Positions 13,001 to 24,929 of a stretch of DNA of 64,000 nt are shown in pieces (positions within the stretch are counted from its first letter, which is position 1; the number at the start of each line of letters is the position of its first letter). The notes under the pieces are model-generated. The model did not search any database. It was not told the DNA's origin and was given only the letters and a program-made list of their open reading frames with translations. The stretch is from Thalia democratica (lineage: Eukaryota): assembly GCA_965202585.1 (NCBI GenBank), contig OZ241829.1, positions 29,698,001 to 29,762,000 on the forward strand, written 5' to 3'. The position numbers were made by a program, and so were the translations under genes.

Positions 13001-15429
13001 ATTAATCGGCGCTGCTGGATATGGCTGAGAGTTCGTTACAGTATGAAAATCATTGCAATCTGAAATTATTTTAGTGCTTTGATCTTTAAATTTTTAAAGT
13101 TTTTTTCAATATTGTTATTTGTTTTTACTTGCTGACGTATATGTGCAATATTCTAAAGTGCATATTATATTAGGATAATTTTTTACGGTAAGATGGCGGT
13201 ACTGATTACATTTATGTAATGAATTATGTAGCTTTAGAAGTTTTCAATATAAAACTTGTGTATTCAAATAAGTTTTAATTACTGTTAGGACTTTAATTAC
13301 GTTCTGTTCTTTAAGTTACCAAAAGTTACAGTAAAACTTCATTTGAATCCGAAAAACTTTAGATTTTTAGACTATGAAAAACTTAACATTTTCGAAATAT
13401 AAATTAAAACAAATTCCACTATGTTAGTGTTTTCAACTTACTTTGGTAACATATGACTTCAGTATCTGGATTGAGCTCGCCGTCATTACAAGTTCTAGTA
13501 TCGTCCCCGGTCAGTGTGTAGTCTTCATTGCATATAAAAGTTACAGTTTCTGAAGAAATATAAACCGTCCTACCGTCTCGAGTATCACCGTTCGCAGGCT
13601 TGGTTATTGTGCACTCTGTTTATAACAGTACTTTGGTTTTAAAGTTTGTAGCAAACAATAATGCTAAAAAGATATAATTTAAAATTTATATTAATTTTAA
13701 TGAAATTTTGCAAGCCGATTTGAACTTCTAACAAACATGTTAAAACCTTTTTATTTGATAAATCTGGTCTAAAAGAGTTTTATTAAAGCTTGAATGTCAA
13801 TAAGTATAACTGAAGCTTAAATACTTTTACTAATTTTACAAAAAAAAAACCACTAAGAAGTGGGTAGCTTCAAATTTACACTACTGTTTTTGATTTACTT
13901 GAAAATCATGCAACTAATTTGCACATTTGCTGAGTCAGCAAAATGTTTTAAAAGCTTTTTTCAATTTTTTTCTATATTTATACCCTTAACTCTTAACTTT
14001 ACCCAAACATTGAAAAAAAATCAAAATTAAAGTTTTATTATTTAAATAAAAAAGTAAACAAGAAAAAAAAATCGCTGACTTATCAAATTTGCAAATTAGT
14101 TGCACGATTTTCAAGTAAGTCAAAAACAGTAGTGGAAATTTGAAGCTAACCAAAAGAAGTTTAACAACCAAAAAATACTCTTATTTAAGTACCTTGTAGT
14201 TGAAAACATGAAAGAGGTTATTTAAAAAGTACAATTGCTTAGTACTACAATACAATGCAAAACAAGTGTGTAAATAAAAAGCTTATGTGCTAAAATTTTC
14301 AATTAAATAATAATTTCAATGTATATGATAAGTAAATTCAAAAAGTCATTAAGATAGAAAAAAGTTGAAGAATTTTATAACTCCTGCTTGAAAATAATTA
14401 GAATACTTAAGTTGTTTTAAACATCGTCTAATAGTATTTTTTTTCTTGATGGTTTGTATAATGAATGTAGAACTTTAAAACAAACCTTAGCTAAAACTGT
14501 ATCATTTCTAACCTTAAGTATTTGATGTTTGAAAGTTATATTCTGCAGAAATCTTAAATAATAATTATTCTATAATCAATTTTATTAGATGTGAAACATC
14601 TCTAAATTTAGGTACCTTAGTGCTGTATAAACTAACAAAAGTACTAAAGGAAAAAATAAAAACAGTTATGTTAATACTTACTCTTTAAGCAACTCATTGG
14701 GTTGGCTGTGTCGAAAGGTGGTGAAAGTGCTCCATTTTGGCAAGTTCTTTTTGGCACATCGGTCGAAAGGGAAGCATACCCTTCTGAACAGTTGTAAGTT
14801 GTACTTTGGCCATGATTAATCGGCGCTGCTGGATATGGCTGAGAGTTCGTTACAGTATGAAAATCATTGCAATCTGAAATTATCTTAGTGCTTTGATCTT
14901 TAAATTTTTAAAGTTTTTTTCAATATTGTTATTTGTTTTTACTTGCTGACGTATATGTGCAATATTCTAAAGTGCATATTATATTAGGATAATTTTTTAC
15001 GGTAAGATGGCGGTACTGATCACATTTATGTAATGAATTATGTAGCTTTAGAAGTTTTCAATATAAAACTTGTGTATTCAAATAAGTTTTAATTACTGTT
15101 AGGACTTTAATTACGTTCTGTTCTTTAAGTTACCAAAAGTTACAGCAAAACTTCATTTGAAGTCTAAAAACTTTAGATTTTTAAACTTTGAAAAGCTTAA
15201 AATATTAGAAATATAATTTAAAACTAATTCCACTATGTTAGTGTTTTCAACTTACTTTGGTAACATATGACTTCAGTATCTGGATTGAGCTCGCCGTCAT
15301 TACAAGTTCTAGTATCGTCCCCGATCAGTGTGTAGTCTTCATCGCATACAAAAGTTACAGTTTCTGAAGAAATATAAACCGTCCTACCGTCTCGAGTATC
15401 ACCGTTCGCAGGCTTGGTTATTGTGCACT
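1015..15429 (-). CDS. 20 repeated sushi/CCP exons (10 x B-A pair, 122 aa per unit) of the left CCP gene
   Basis: A exons (192 nt, phase 1-1; NCNDFHTVTNSQPYPAAPINHGQSTTYNCSEGYASLSTDVPKRTCQNGALSPPFDTANPMSCLK): 1015-1206, 2496-2687, 3978-4169, 5460-5651, 6941-7132, 8422-8613, 9904-10095, 11386-11577, 12868-13059, 14682-14873. B exons (174 nt; KCTITKPANGDTKDGRTVYISSETVTFICNENYTLTGDDTRTCNDGELNPDTEVICYQ): 1589-1762, 3070-3243, 4552-4725, 6034-6207, 7515-7688, 8996-9169, 10478-10651, 11960-12133, 13442-13615, 15256-15429. All have cag acceptors, gtaag donors, 4 Cys and open frames. Confidence 0.93.
13862..14151. mobile_element. 290-bp MITE with about 78-bp TIRs and an imperfect 9-bp TSD (Mutator-like)
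   Basis: GGGTAGCTTCAAATTTACACTACTGTTTTTGA... is mirrored by ...TCAAAAACAGTAGTGGAAATTTGAAGCTAACC. The flanks CTAAGAAGT and AAAAGAAGT match the empty site CAAAGAAGT in the other units. Confidence 0.8.
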
Positions 15430-15879
15430 CTGTTTATAACAGTACTTTGGTTTTAAAGTTTGTAGCAAACAATAATGCTAAAAAGCTATAGTTTGTTTAT
15501 AAGTATTTTATATATTTATTTGATAATTTTACAAGCCATTATTAAATTTTTGAATCTTTAAGGCTTTAACTTTATGTATAACAAAAGATTATGTTTATAA
15601 AACTAAAAAAACTATACTAAAATGAAAGTTGTTGCTTGTTGATAATATAGTTCAAAACTTGGGAAACTTGGTAATTTTTACATATTGCAAATCATTTTCG
15701 TTATTTTGATTTATATATGTAATGACAATTATAAACAGGTACTCATTAAGAAATTTAAGTTTCCTCTCAAACTTACCTCTTGGACCAATCGTAGGCATTA
15801 AGAAAAAGAACGGCAAATAAAAAAACACAAGCACAGATGTTGAACTATCCAAGGAAACAGAAATAAACCTCAAACGAAC

Positions 15880-16071
15880 CTGGTATGCACTGCACGGCCG
15901 GATGCCATTTGCCGTCCACGCCGCAAGTGGAAGCACTCGAGCTCAGCCTGTGTTTTTCTTCGCAGGTCACCACAGCTTGGGTGCCGTTGAGGTAGACTCC
16001 TTCGCCCCGTTCGTTTTCGATCGCATAAGAAGACGATCTCGAGTTTTCGGGAGGAGAAAAGTCGTCGCATT
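15880..16071 (-). CDS. CCP exon 22, left gene
   Basis: ECDDFSPPENSRSSSYAIENERGEGVYLNGTQAVVTCEEKHRLSSSASTCGVDGKWHPAVQCIP; 192 nt, phase 1-1; frame not in the ORF track. Confidence 0.9.
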
Positions 16072-16342
16072 CTGTGATAATTACTTGCGCTTTGTACTTT
16101 GTTTTCGAGTAGCTAGTTATTTAAAAGTTTCCCTGCTGTTATCTGTACAATTGTGTTTTGTTCCAAAAAAGGTAGCTCGGTCGAAATGAATAAGGAGTTT
16201 GAAAAGTTCAATGAACACACTAATAAAACTATTATTGATTATTTTTTAACTGGTAACACAAAATTGTTCTAAACATTCAGACAAAAACTTGTTGACGAAA
16301 GCTTCAAACTATGAAACTGTGATCAAAACAATTTTTTTTTAC

Positions 16343-16543
16343 GTTTCAAGCAGATTGGGAAAGTTGTTGGTTCCCATCTAGCGCCTCTCTCGCACCCGAA
16401 CTCAACGTTGGAAACGTCGTCCAAATGGTAGCCTTCGAAGCAGGCGTAGTTCACTTTTGAAGATTTAATATCGCCGTTGTCCAGCCTTATTGTCTCTATA
16501 GCCGTTACTATCGAATTGTGAACATGTGGGGGATTTTCGCAAA
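16343..16543 (-). CDS. CCP exon 21, left gene
   Basis: VCENPPHVHNSIVTAIETIRLDNGDIKSSKVNYACFEGYHLDDVSNVEFGCERGARWEPTTFPICLK; 201 nt, phase 1-1. Confidence 0.9.
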
Positions 16544-16754
16544 CTGAAATAAATTAATCGTTTAACTTAATCGTGCTTTATGAGTATCTTTACAACTATT
16601 TATGATTTATTCAGAAAAGTATATATCCTTTTTTTTAAATAATTCTGATTTATCAAGCACAGAATTACAACATAAGCTACAAAAACTCCCCCGTCACAGC
16701 TGCATAAAATTTTTAACTACAACACCAAATTTAAGCTAGTAAGTTTGGGAACGG

Positions 16755-17210
16755 GTCTAAATTGCACGAAGATACTTTTCCACGAAGATAAATTGGCACG
16801 AGCAGATAAAATTGCACGATGACAATTTTGCATGGAGGGTCATATTTGCGAGCGAGTGAAAAAAATATACATATATAAAACAGAAAAATAAAAACTAAAA
16901 GATAAATTAATAAAACAATAAAAAAAGTTACATACCTAGGGTAAGGGTTAAGTTTAACTGTGATAGTAAAAGAAAAAAAAAATAAAAATTATTAAAGTAA
17001 AAAACAATAAATAAAAATAAAATTATTAAAAAGAAAAATAAGTTACCGACCGAGGGTAAGGGTTAGGGGTACAGTGAATGTAAAAAAAATAAATAAAAAT
17101 AAAAATTCAATACTTGCAAAATTGTCTACACGTGCAAAATTTTCTTCGTGCAAAAGTGTCTTCGTGCAATTTTGTGCCCTCGTGCAATTTTGTACGCTCG
17201 CGCAAAATGA
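16755..17210. mobile_element. Foldback/MITE-like element with modular inverted termini
   Basis: AAATTGCACGA modules at about 16760-16855 are inverted as TCGTGCAATTT modules at about 17114-17208. The A-rich centre carries two GGGTAAGGGTTA motifs. Confidence 0.7.
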
Positions 17211-17350
17211 TGATTATTTACAATAATGATACCACGTACAATTATGACAGCTACCGAGTTAGTTTTTTATATTATTGAAGTAACAATTAAACACAATCCA
17301 ACGCCACTTTTTTTCACTGCGCTCTAAAAACTACTAGTGTTGAAAGATAC

Positions 17351-17548
17351 CGGGCACGCATTTCGGCGCGGAAGCGAATCCCCAGGTCTCGTCTCTCTCA
17401 CAGGTGAGCTTCTTTGGCTGGCCATGTACTAAGCTGTAATCAGAAATGCATTGGTAAGTGACTTCGGTGCCGGTCCACAGTTCGCCTTCTACGTAGCTGG
17501 ATGAAACGCTCCAATCCACATTTTCGTCTTTTGGCGGGCTTTCACACT
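17351..17548 (-). CDS. CCP exon 20, left gene
   Basis: ECESPPKDENVDW...TYQCISDYSL...TCERDETWGFASAPKCVP; 198 nt, phase 1-1. Confidence 0.92.
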
Positions 17549-17774
17549 CTGGCATTGTTATAACGTTTGTAAATAGCTGATTGAAAACTCAACAACTATT
17601 GAAACTGATTGATAAGCTACATAACAGTTACTTTATTAGTGTCTTAAACCTTTTCATCAAAACTTTGCTATTATAAACGTAGATTGATATAAAAAATAAA
17701 AACTCAATTGGTAATAAGTTTTACTTTTTTTTGATCAGGCAGTGTGCAAAAAACAGATAGTTTGTAAATCATAC

Positions 17775-17975
17775 CTTTTATGCAAATAGGGTCTTCTGTC
17801 ATATTCCAATTTCCATCTGAGCACACAAACGCAGCGGTTTCATCACCGCCTTTGACAAAACTATAGTCGTCGTCACAAGCGTATTTGATGACATCCCCAC
17901 TTAAGTAACGTTCTTTTCTTGCTCTCTTCAAATCAATGGTTGTTGAATTGTATGGCTTCACAGGATTCGAACACT
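17775..17975 (-). CDS. CCP exon 19, left gene
   Basis: ECSNPVKPYNS...KYACDDDYSF...FVCSDGNWNMTEDPICIK; 201 nt. Confidence 0.92.
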
Positions 17976-18152
17976 CTAAAATAAAAAACTTGGTGAAATA
18001 AAATAATCAGTTAAATGAAAGGCCTATATTTAAATCAAACTAGTGAATTAAGTCGTATTTTGGTATAAGACATTATAAGAAAGTTTAAGACGTTTTGGGT
18101 GTTTTCTAAATAAGCAAAGATTAAGATTGTTTCATCAATAAGCTGTATAAAC

Positions 18153-18347
18153 TTTGTAGACACTTTGGTTCAATGTTCTTGGTGTAGTTCCATTCACCAT
18201 TCGATTGACAAACAAATTTCGAAGTTTCAGTTGAAAGATCATATTCTCCATTACACGTAAATGAAATTTCATCCCGATAAAGAAAGTGATCGGGTCTTTT
18301 AGTGCGAGAGTCAACATTTCCATTTAGTAAGCTTGGTTGAGGACATT
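18153..18347 (-). CDS. CCP exon 18, left gene
   Basis: ECPQPSLLNGNVDSRTKRPDHFLYRDEISFTCNGEYDLSTETSKFVCQSNGEWNYTKNIEPKCLQ; 195 nt; frame not in the ORF track. Confidence 0.9.
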
Positions 18348-19651
18348 CTAAAAAGTTGTTAGTATACTTTTACTGAAATTAGTTTTTGTAATCTAGTTAT
18401 GATGTAAATGTGAAAAATATTATCTCAAGCCTACATTAGATAAAAAAATTGTACAAAAATTTTAAAACTAGCAAAAATGGTTGGGAACTAAAGTTATGTA
18501 AGTGTAGTAATTTTATTTATTGTATATAAACTATAAATATATATATACTTGGTAGCAAACAAACCAAATATTAAAACATATTAGTTTTAGTAAATATTAG
18601 TAAAAATTAGTCTGAATAAAAGTTTTAAGTGTGCTAACAGTTTAAAAAAGCAATCGTCTGTACATAAAACGTGTTCTAGTACAAAAAAAGAAAAAACAAC
18701 GTTTTATTTAAAAAAAAACATGGTTTTAGTGGATACAAAGTACAAATTAATTTAAATAATACAACTGAAATTTGTTTAGTCTTTTTCAATAATTTAAGAT
18801 CATAGGTGGGTCACCTTGCTTTATACAAATCCATCTTAATTTATGGGGTTTTGTCTTAGCTTTTAGATACTTTTTACCGCATAACAAAACTCAAGTTAAC
18901 GTTTGAAATGAAACAAATTGACGTCGGTGAATTCAATAGGCTTCTTTATGTAAAGTACAAACTTAAAAGGTGGAAAAAACTGTTTGACTGAAGTTATACC
19001 TTCTTCTTAAATGTGAAACTAATCGTAAACAAGTATAAATAGTTTTTTTTATAGTTATAGATACAAATAAATAAATTTTTCAACTTGCTTTATTAAGGTA
19101 AACGTTTTATAGACTATCAATAAGTTAAAACGCTCAAAAAATTTTAAGTGACGTTCTACGATATAGACTTTATAATACTTAAGTAGTATTTGAATAACTC
19201 AATCATTAATTGCTAGTCTCGATCTCGCAGCTTTATTTTTGTAAACTACTATTCTGTATACCAATACTTAAAATTAGTAAGCTCTTTATTGTTATACGTT
19301 GTTAACTCCGTTTATTGACATGTTTTTATTTATTTATTTATATAATACTTACATCTTTTACGTTCATTGATGTTTTTATATTCCAACAAATGTACTTTGT
19401 TAAGATTTTTAAAAATAAAAGATCCTTCTTTACTGTTATTCTAAATTTTATTACCTCAACATATGATGTAGTTGTTATATTCTACAAAAAAATGAACCAT
19501 AGTTCAAACTTTAAGCTTATATATAAGAGAAGGTGTTGTTTTCGTAACAACAATGTCTTTGATTCTGAACGGCCACAACTCCAACAACCAAAAACACTTG
19601 AGGACTTTCTAACACGGAAAAATCCGTTAACATCTTTTTATAACAATTCAC

Positions 19652-19849
19652 CTTTGACGCATTCTCCAACGGAGTTGTCCAAACCGCTCTCGATGTCACA
19701 GTTTATGATCGGGTTTTCCGAATCGTAGGTGAACTCTGGATCGCACTCATACTCCACTTGCACGTCGATGGAGTGCGTCGCGTTTATCGGTTTAGAATTT
19801 CTCACGATTTTTCTCCCATTTTTAATTTCATCAGGCAGAGCTTCGCAGC
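19652..19849 (-). CDS. CCP exon 17, left gene
   Basis: GCEALPDEIKNG...VEYECDPEFTY...NCDIESGLDNSVGECVK; 198 nt. Confidence 0.9.
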
Positions 19850-20043
19850 CTACGACAAAACAGGTCATTTCAGTGTTTACATCATAATAGTACGAAACAA
19901 ACAGTTACAGTTGTACTAACAGAAACGATAAAAACTGACGGAAATAAAATGTTTTTTGCTAAAACTAAAAAATAAACTTTCATCAAAGACGGCGGCAGTT
20001 TGTGGTTTGAAAGAATTAGTAATTATTTATTTTATTTTATTTG

Positions 20044-20182
20044 AGGTATAAACAAAATAAAGATTACACATGTTTCAGACTTGAAGCTTTCGTTATTATA
20101 CTTATAAACTCCGTATAAGGAAGACTTAAAGTATAAAGCTTTCAGTCTGAAACATGTGTAAATTACTGTTTTGTTTATACCT
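20044..20182. mobile_element. Short hairpin-type MITE/inverted repeat in an intron
   Basis: AGGTATAAACAAAA...TACACATGTTTCAGACTTGAAGCTTT is mirrored by AAAGCTTTCAGTCTGAAACATGTGTA...TTTTGTTTATACCT. Confidence 0.7.
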
Positions 20183-20333
20183 GAAACATATGTTTCTCTA
20201 TTAAGCACATAGAGCTACAAACTAAAACAAAACAACATGACATATACTTAACCACATTCAAATATACCTTACTTTAGTATTCGGGCACGTTTTAACCCTT
20301 TTAGAAAAGTTTACTTTCCTACCGAAAACTTAC

Positions 20334-20549
20334 TTCTCGCGCACGATCCGACGGCACCGACCGGATCCGACGTCCACACTCCGGTGTCTCCGCACACTTT
20401 GCCAACGAAATTAGCAGGCGTCATGGTCAAGTTGTCGCGGCAAGTGTAGCTGACTCGGGTGCCGGGGTAGTAGGAGCCCTCGTGCACCCATGTTACCACG
20501 CGGTCAGCGTTTTCCACGACTGGAATCGCATCGGCCATACACTGGTGAA
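20334..20549 (-). CDS. CCP exon 16, left gene
   Basis: VHQCMADAIPVVENAD...SYTCRDNLTM...VCGDTGVWTSDPVGAVGSCAR; 216 nt. Confidence 0.9.
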
Positions 20550-20794
20550 CTGCAAAATTTGGTTTTTGAATAGGGTCGTAGGTGCTGGGAAAAGAATATT
20601 AGTGAACAGAGCAAAAAAAAAGCAAGTTTGTTTTTAATCTGTACTGTAGACAACCTGATTAAAAAAATTCTATTCCGTCAGTCATCTTGTAATATACACA
20701 AAATTTTTTAAAGTCAAAATGCGATTTAGATAAGTTTTAATTTAATACTAATTTAAGTTCCTTATACTTATTTTACGTTTACAAGCTTGAAAAC

Positions 20795-20989
20795 CAGAGA
20801 AGCAGTCTCCAAGATCGCCTTGCCAAGAACCATCTTCAGTGCACTGGATCGTGTCATCGCCTTCTGGTTTCATCTCGTACTCGTTATCGCAACGGTAAGT
20901 GGCAACAGCACCAACAGTATGTTGAGTGTCTGACAGGCTTTCAGATATGGAATAATCTGCATTCTTCCTGTTTTCAGGTTTGCCGCAGT
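20795..20989 (-). CDS. CCP exon 15, left gene
   Basis: CGKPENRKNADYSISESLSDTQHTVGAVATYRCDNEYEMKPEGDDTIQCTEDGSWQGDLGDCFS; 195 nt; not in the ORF track. Confidence 0.9.
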
Positions 20990-21682
20990 CTGAAATTCAG
21001 TAACGTAAAACAATATACATAAGGGACATTGTTTCGTACTATATATTATATAAAGCCGGGTTTAGATATTGGGTAAAAAGTAAAAATTAACGTTTTTTGG
21101 ACTTCAAAAACATTGTATTACTACAAACAAATAGACCTAAATAAAAACAAAACTTACACTATTTAAAACTAAACTAAACTGTTTACTATAACTAACATTG
21201 TAGTTTAATAAAACAATCTTGTTTTTTTATAGTATTTAAGATTCTAGTTATAAAATGTTGTGATAAAGTTTTAAAATGCGTAAATTCTCAAAATAAATAT
21301 ACCAAAAAAAAGATTCAACGCTAAAAGGCCGTTTGTAGGATTATTACGACAAGTAATTACATCATGGTGAAGTGCATGGTGTGTTCTATATTAAAAAACC
21401 ATCGTTTTAAAACACAACTACTTTAACTACTCAAGTTCCACGGTTTTAAACTAAATGGTAGTAGTTTTTAATTTTAAATAAAACTGATTGTGTCGTGATG
21501 CTTATTATAATAACAGTATATACTATACATACAATACATTCATTTTTCAAATATTATAATTATTAAATAGCCTGCGGTCTCACTTACGTTATCAGTTACA
21601 ATATTTAAAAACTGTTGGTTTTATATAAAACTTTTGCATACTTAATTTTCTCGCTTTCCAAACTAGCTATCAATTCACTTAC

Positions 21683-21886
21683 GCCTCACACACTCTGGAA
21701 GCGAAGGCTCAAACTGCCCGTTGATGCAGTTCAACACAGCCGTCGAGTCCGGATGGATCACGAATCCGTTGTTGCACGAATATTCAACCTGGAAAACTGC
21801 TTTCGCTGGACCGGTTTCAGTGTCTATCATCTCGTACAAAGGAGTGGTGAAGTATCCATTTTTGATTTCTTCCGGATCGCCGCAAT
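21683..21886 (-). CDS. CCP exon 14, left gene
   Basis: CGDPEEIKNGYFTTP...VEYSCNNGFVIHPDSTAVLNCINGQFEPSLPECVR; 204 nt; gtaagt donor. Confidence 0.9.
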
Positions 21887-22754
21887 CTTAAAGTGAAGCA
21901 GTGATGGTTTATATATAAAAATAAAGTTTAGTTAGCTAAAACGTTTTGAACTTTTTTAGTGTTGTATGAGAACACAGCTTAATAAAACTTAGTTTACACA
22001 ACTTTTGTTTGTATCAACAGTAGTAAGTGTAGGTAGGGAAGTTTTTTAATAGTAAACTAGCTTGAGCTTGTACACAGATACACTTTACCTGTTATTGACG
22101 CGTTTGATAGGTTTGCAGTAGGTGAAACGATTAAGATGTAGCATTTTAATACTTAAAACTATGACAAACGTTAAAGTTCTATACTACCTTACGATGAGGT
22201 TTTATCAAGTAAGTTAACCCAAAAAGTTCTTAAATGCTTAATATAATATTAAAAAACGTTGAAAGACAGTAAAGTCTTAACGTTTAATTTAGAATAAGCT
22301 GGCTTTAAATTTACTTATTTTCAAAACCGTTATTTATTTGTTTTTGTTGAAAGTCTGGAGTCAGAGAAATTCAGAAAATTAAAAACATTGTGTACTAAAT
22401 TTTAGCTACATTAATATATTCATGCACTATTCGGTATGTCTTTCAATTTTTGCATGACATAAAGTATTTTTTTACTTTTATTCAGTCATCAACAAAAATA
22501 AATATAGAATAAAAGAGCTATACTGTTATTTACAACTATCTTTAATTTTTTGGTAGTTTTTAAGTAGTTGTGTCACCAGAAACGTGTATTCCATAAAACT
22601 AAAAGCTTTTGATGTTACAACACAAACCTAAAAACTGACTTTTAGCAATAATGTAACAAGGACTTTTCAAAAGTCCGTTCTTACAGCTCAACTAAGTAAG
22701 TTGACTTAGTTACCGTAGCTTAAAAGTGTTCATTGTAAACAAACAAATTCTAAC

Positions 22755-22955
22755 ATTTAACACAATGAGGCGGGGTAATGTCCCATTCTCCATTTTGCAA
22801 ACACTCAGCAGAGTTTTTATTTGAGCTGCTGATAACATAGTTGTCGCTGCAAGTGAACTTGACAATCGTACCGCTGTACTGGTTGTCGCTTTCCGCACCA
22901 TTTACTTTCATAACTTTGAGGTTCAAGCCCTCAGTAGCAATGATGCTTTTACATT
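22755..22955 (-). CDS. CCP exon 13, left gene
   Basis: ECKSIIATEGL...KFTCSDNY...ECLQNGEWDITPPHCVK; 201 nt. Confidence 0.92.
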
Positions 22956-23327
22956 CTGGAACAATTTTCAATATTTATGTTTGTTTTATTGTAAATTTTA
23001 CTTTGCAGTTTTTTAGGTTATAAAGAATACGCATCTAAAAAAATAAAACAACTTTATAAACAGTTAAGTTTAAATAAATCAATTAAAGGACAGCTACCTA
23101 TTTTAATTTTTGCCAAATTTAGCAAATTAGTTGTTGATTTTTATTTGTAGAAATAAGCCTAACTTTATTACTTATATGTCTTCATTGGGTTTGCGCATTG
23201 AAACTTCTAAAACATACATTTTTACTAAAAATTTTGGGTATAATAAAACAACATAAATGCTTTGAGATCCACAAAGATTCAAATTTCATTTATTAAAACA
23301 AGTTTTTATGAAAAATTAATTAGTTAC

Positions 23328-23531
23328 CTTTTAAGCAATCAAAACCACTTTTCTTCCAAGACCCTTCGTTCGTGCAGTAATGAGTGTTATCAGCAGACTC
23401 GGGTACCAGCGTGTACGGTGCTGCGCAATCGTAAGACACTTTGATTTCAACCTCCTCATCACTCCCATACACAGTCAGCTTGTCGAGGACAGTTTTCAAT
23501 GTGTTTGGCACAACCTGGGACGCACCGCAGT
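23328..23531 (-). CDS. CCP exon 12, left gene
   Basis: DCGASQVVPNTL...SYDCAAPYTL...YCTNEGSWKKSGFDCLK; 204 nt. Confidence 0.9.
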
Positions 23532-23676
23532 CTGTGAAGGACAGTTAGTTTTAAACCAGAGCTTACTTGAAGACAAGGTCTGCAGTCCGTTTTATAAAGT
23601 CTAATTTTTCAAATTAAGTTTTAGAAATGTAGAAATTAAGATGTAAACATCGGCGAAGCAGTGGCATAAAGTTCAC

Positions 23677-23865
23677 CTGGGTAGCAGACGAATGGACTCC
23701 ACGAGCCGTCAACGCCACAAGTCGAGCTTGAAGTGTTGGTGACAAAGTTGTTGGTGCAGGCGTAGCTCACTTCCGTGCCGTTCAGGAAAACGCCCGACCT
23801 TTCGTTTTTGTATTCGTACGCGTGAGTTCCGTCGGAGTTGTTGACACTCGGTACATCATCACATT
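23677..23865 (-). CDS. CCP exon 11, left gene
   Basis: ECDDVPSVNNSDGTHAYEYKNERSGVFLNGTEVSYACTNNFVTNTSSSTCGVDGSWSPFVCYP; 189 nt; not in the ORF track. Confidence 0.9.
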
Positions 23866-23977
23866 CTTGTATAATAAAATTGTAATACTATTGTTGATTT
23901 TTTAATCAATTTTAATTCTAAATAATTAATGAAAAAATCATCACAGCTCAAAGTTAATAACGTTTACTTTCGAATAC

Positions 23978-24181
23978 CTTTTATGCAGAAAAGTTTTGTC
24001 TTGGTCACCCATTTTGCTCCCAACTCACACACATACGTTCCATTAGCAAACTCATCGCTGAAATGGTAACCTTCTGTGCAACTGTATTCAACGACACTGT
24101 CGATTACGCTTCCGTTTGCTAGCCTTGTAGAACTTATGAGAGTCCAATTTGCGTTTTTTAAGACTGGTGGTACCAGGCAAA
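23978..24181 (-). CDS. CCP exon 10, left gene
   Basis: VCLVPPVLKNANW...VEYSCTEGYHF...VCELGAKWVTKTKLFCIK; 204 nt. Confidence 0.92.
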
Positions 24182-24478
24182 CTGGAAAGTTTACAAAACT
24201 ATGTTGTAAGTTTGAAATCATAGATAAGTGTGTATTCTTTAAAGCGTTTTATGAGTTTTTAAGATGTATACAGTTAGTAAACTACTAACAACTAAAATTT
24301 CAAAATTGATGTATAAAAGCTAAGAAAAATAACTTATTATTTTAAGATGAATGTAATGAGTTGAATAAGCATACTTCAAGCTTTATTACAACTGACTGAA
24401 AAATTATAAATTCATCTTGTACAAAACTGCGCATTATTTATAAGCAATGCACAAAGCACCATCAAAGAAAACACCAAC

Positions 24479-24676
24479 TTGGAGCACATTGAGGAGCGCG
24501 GCCGAAGTCCCAATTTCCGTCACCGCCGCAAGTCAGTTGCTCGGGTTCGCCCCATTTGAGACTGTGGGAGGGATCGCAAGTGTAGCTCACCGTTGTTCCG
24601 CTCCAAAACTCGCCGTTCACGTGGCTGAAGGTTGTGTGCCAAGTCACCTTGCTTCCGTCGTATGGCTGAGGGCACT
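24479..24676 (-). CDS. CCP exon 9, left gene
   Basis: CPQPYDGSKVTW...SYTCDPSHSL...TCGGDGNWDFGRAPQCAP; 198 nt. Confidence 0.92.
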
Positions 24677-24929
24677 CTGTATCGGGCAGCGAGTAATAAG
24701 CTAGTGTAGAAGTAGAAGTAGTACAATTGTTATGCGTATTTCATATGCAATTATGATATAGTGCTTTTCTAAAGTTAAACCTTAAATAAATGTGATTTAT
24801 ACTTATTGTTCTCAAAAAAGAATGCATTCTAGAAAACGGTTTTCAATTGAAAAGTTTAGTTTTTACAGCTTATGCAATAGTTTATGCTGCTGTAGTTTAA
24901 AAACCAAAAATGTAAAAATGTCATTTTAC

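Larger units (their letters stand above)
870..15500. repeat. Tandem array 1: 10 units of about 1481-1482 bp (last interval 1814 bp), each with two CCP exons and two introns
   Basis: The exon A donor-side boundary recurs at 1015, 2496, 3978, 5460, 6941, 8422, 9904, 11386, 12868 and 14682. Core units are nearly identical, introns included. Confidence 0.97.

Noticed and set aside
13986-14171. 61-aa ORF (also 61027-61212)
   Set aside because: It lies within the MITE TIR and is a chance ORF.
870-15500. Array read as satellite DNA, CRISPR or tandem transposons
   Set aside because: There are no unique spacers, TIRs or LTRs. Each unit holds two intact spliceable coding exons.
15777-15845. Hydrophobic stretch ending in a strong gtaagt donor (possible signal or TM exon; also near 62818-62886)
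   Set aside because: T-rich DNA translates as hydrophobic in any frame. There is no suitable ATG, the upstream intron would be about 35 nt, and the phase-1 reading hits a stop.
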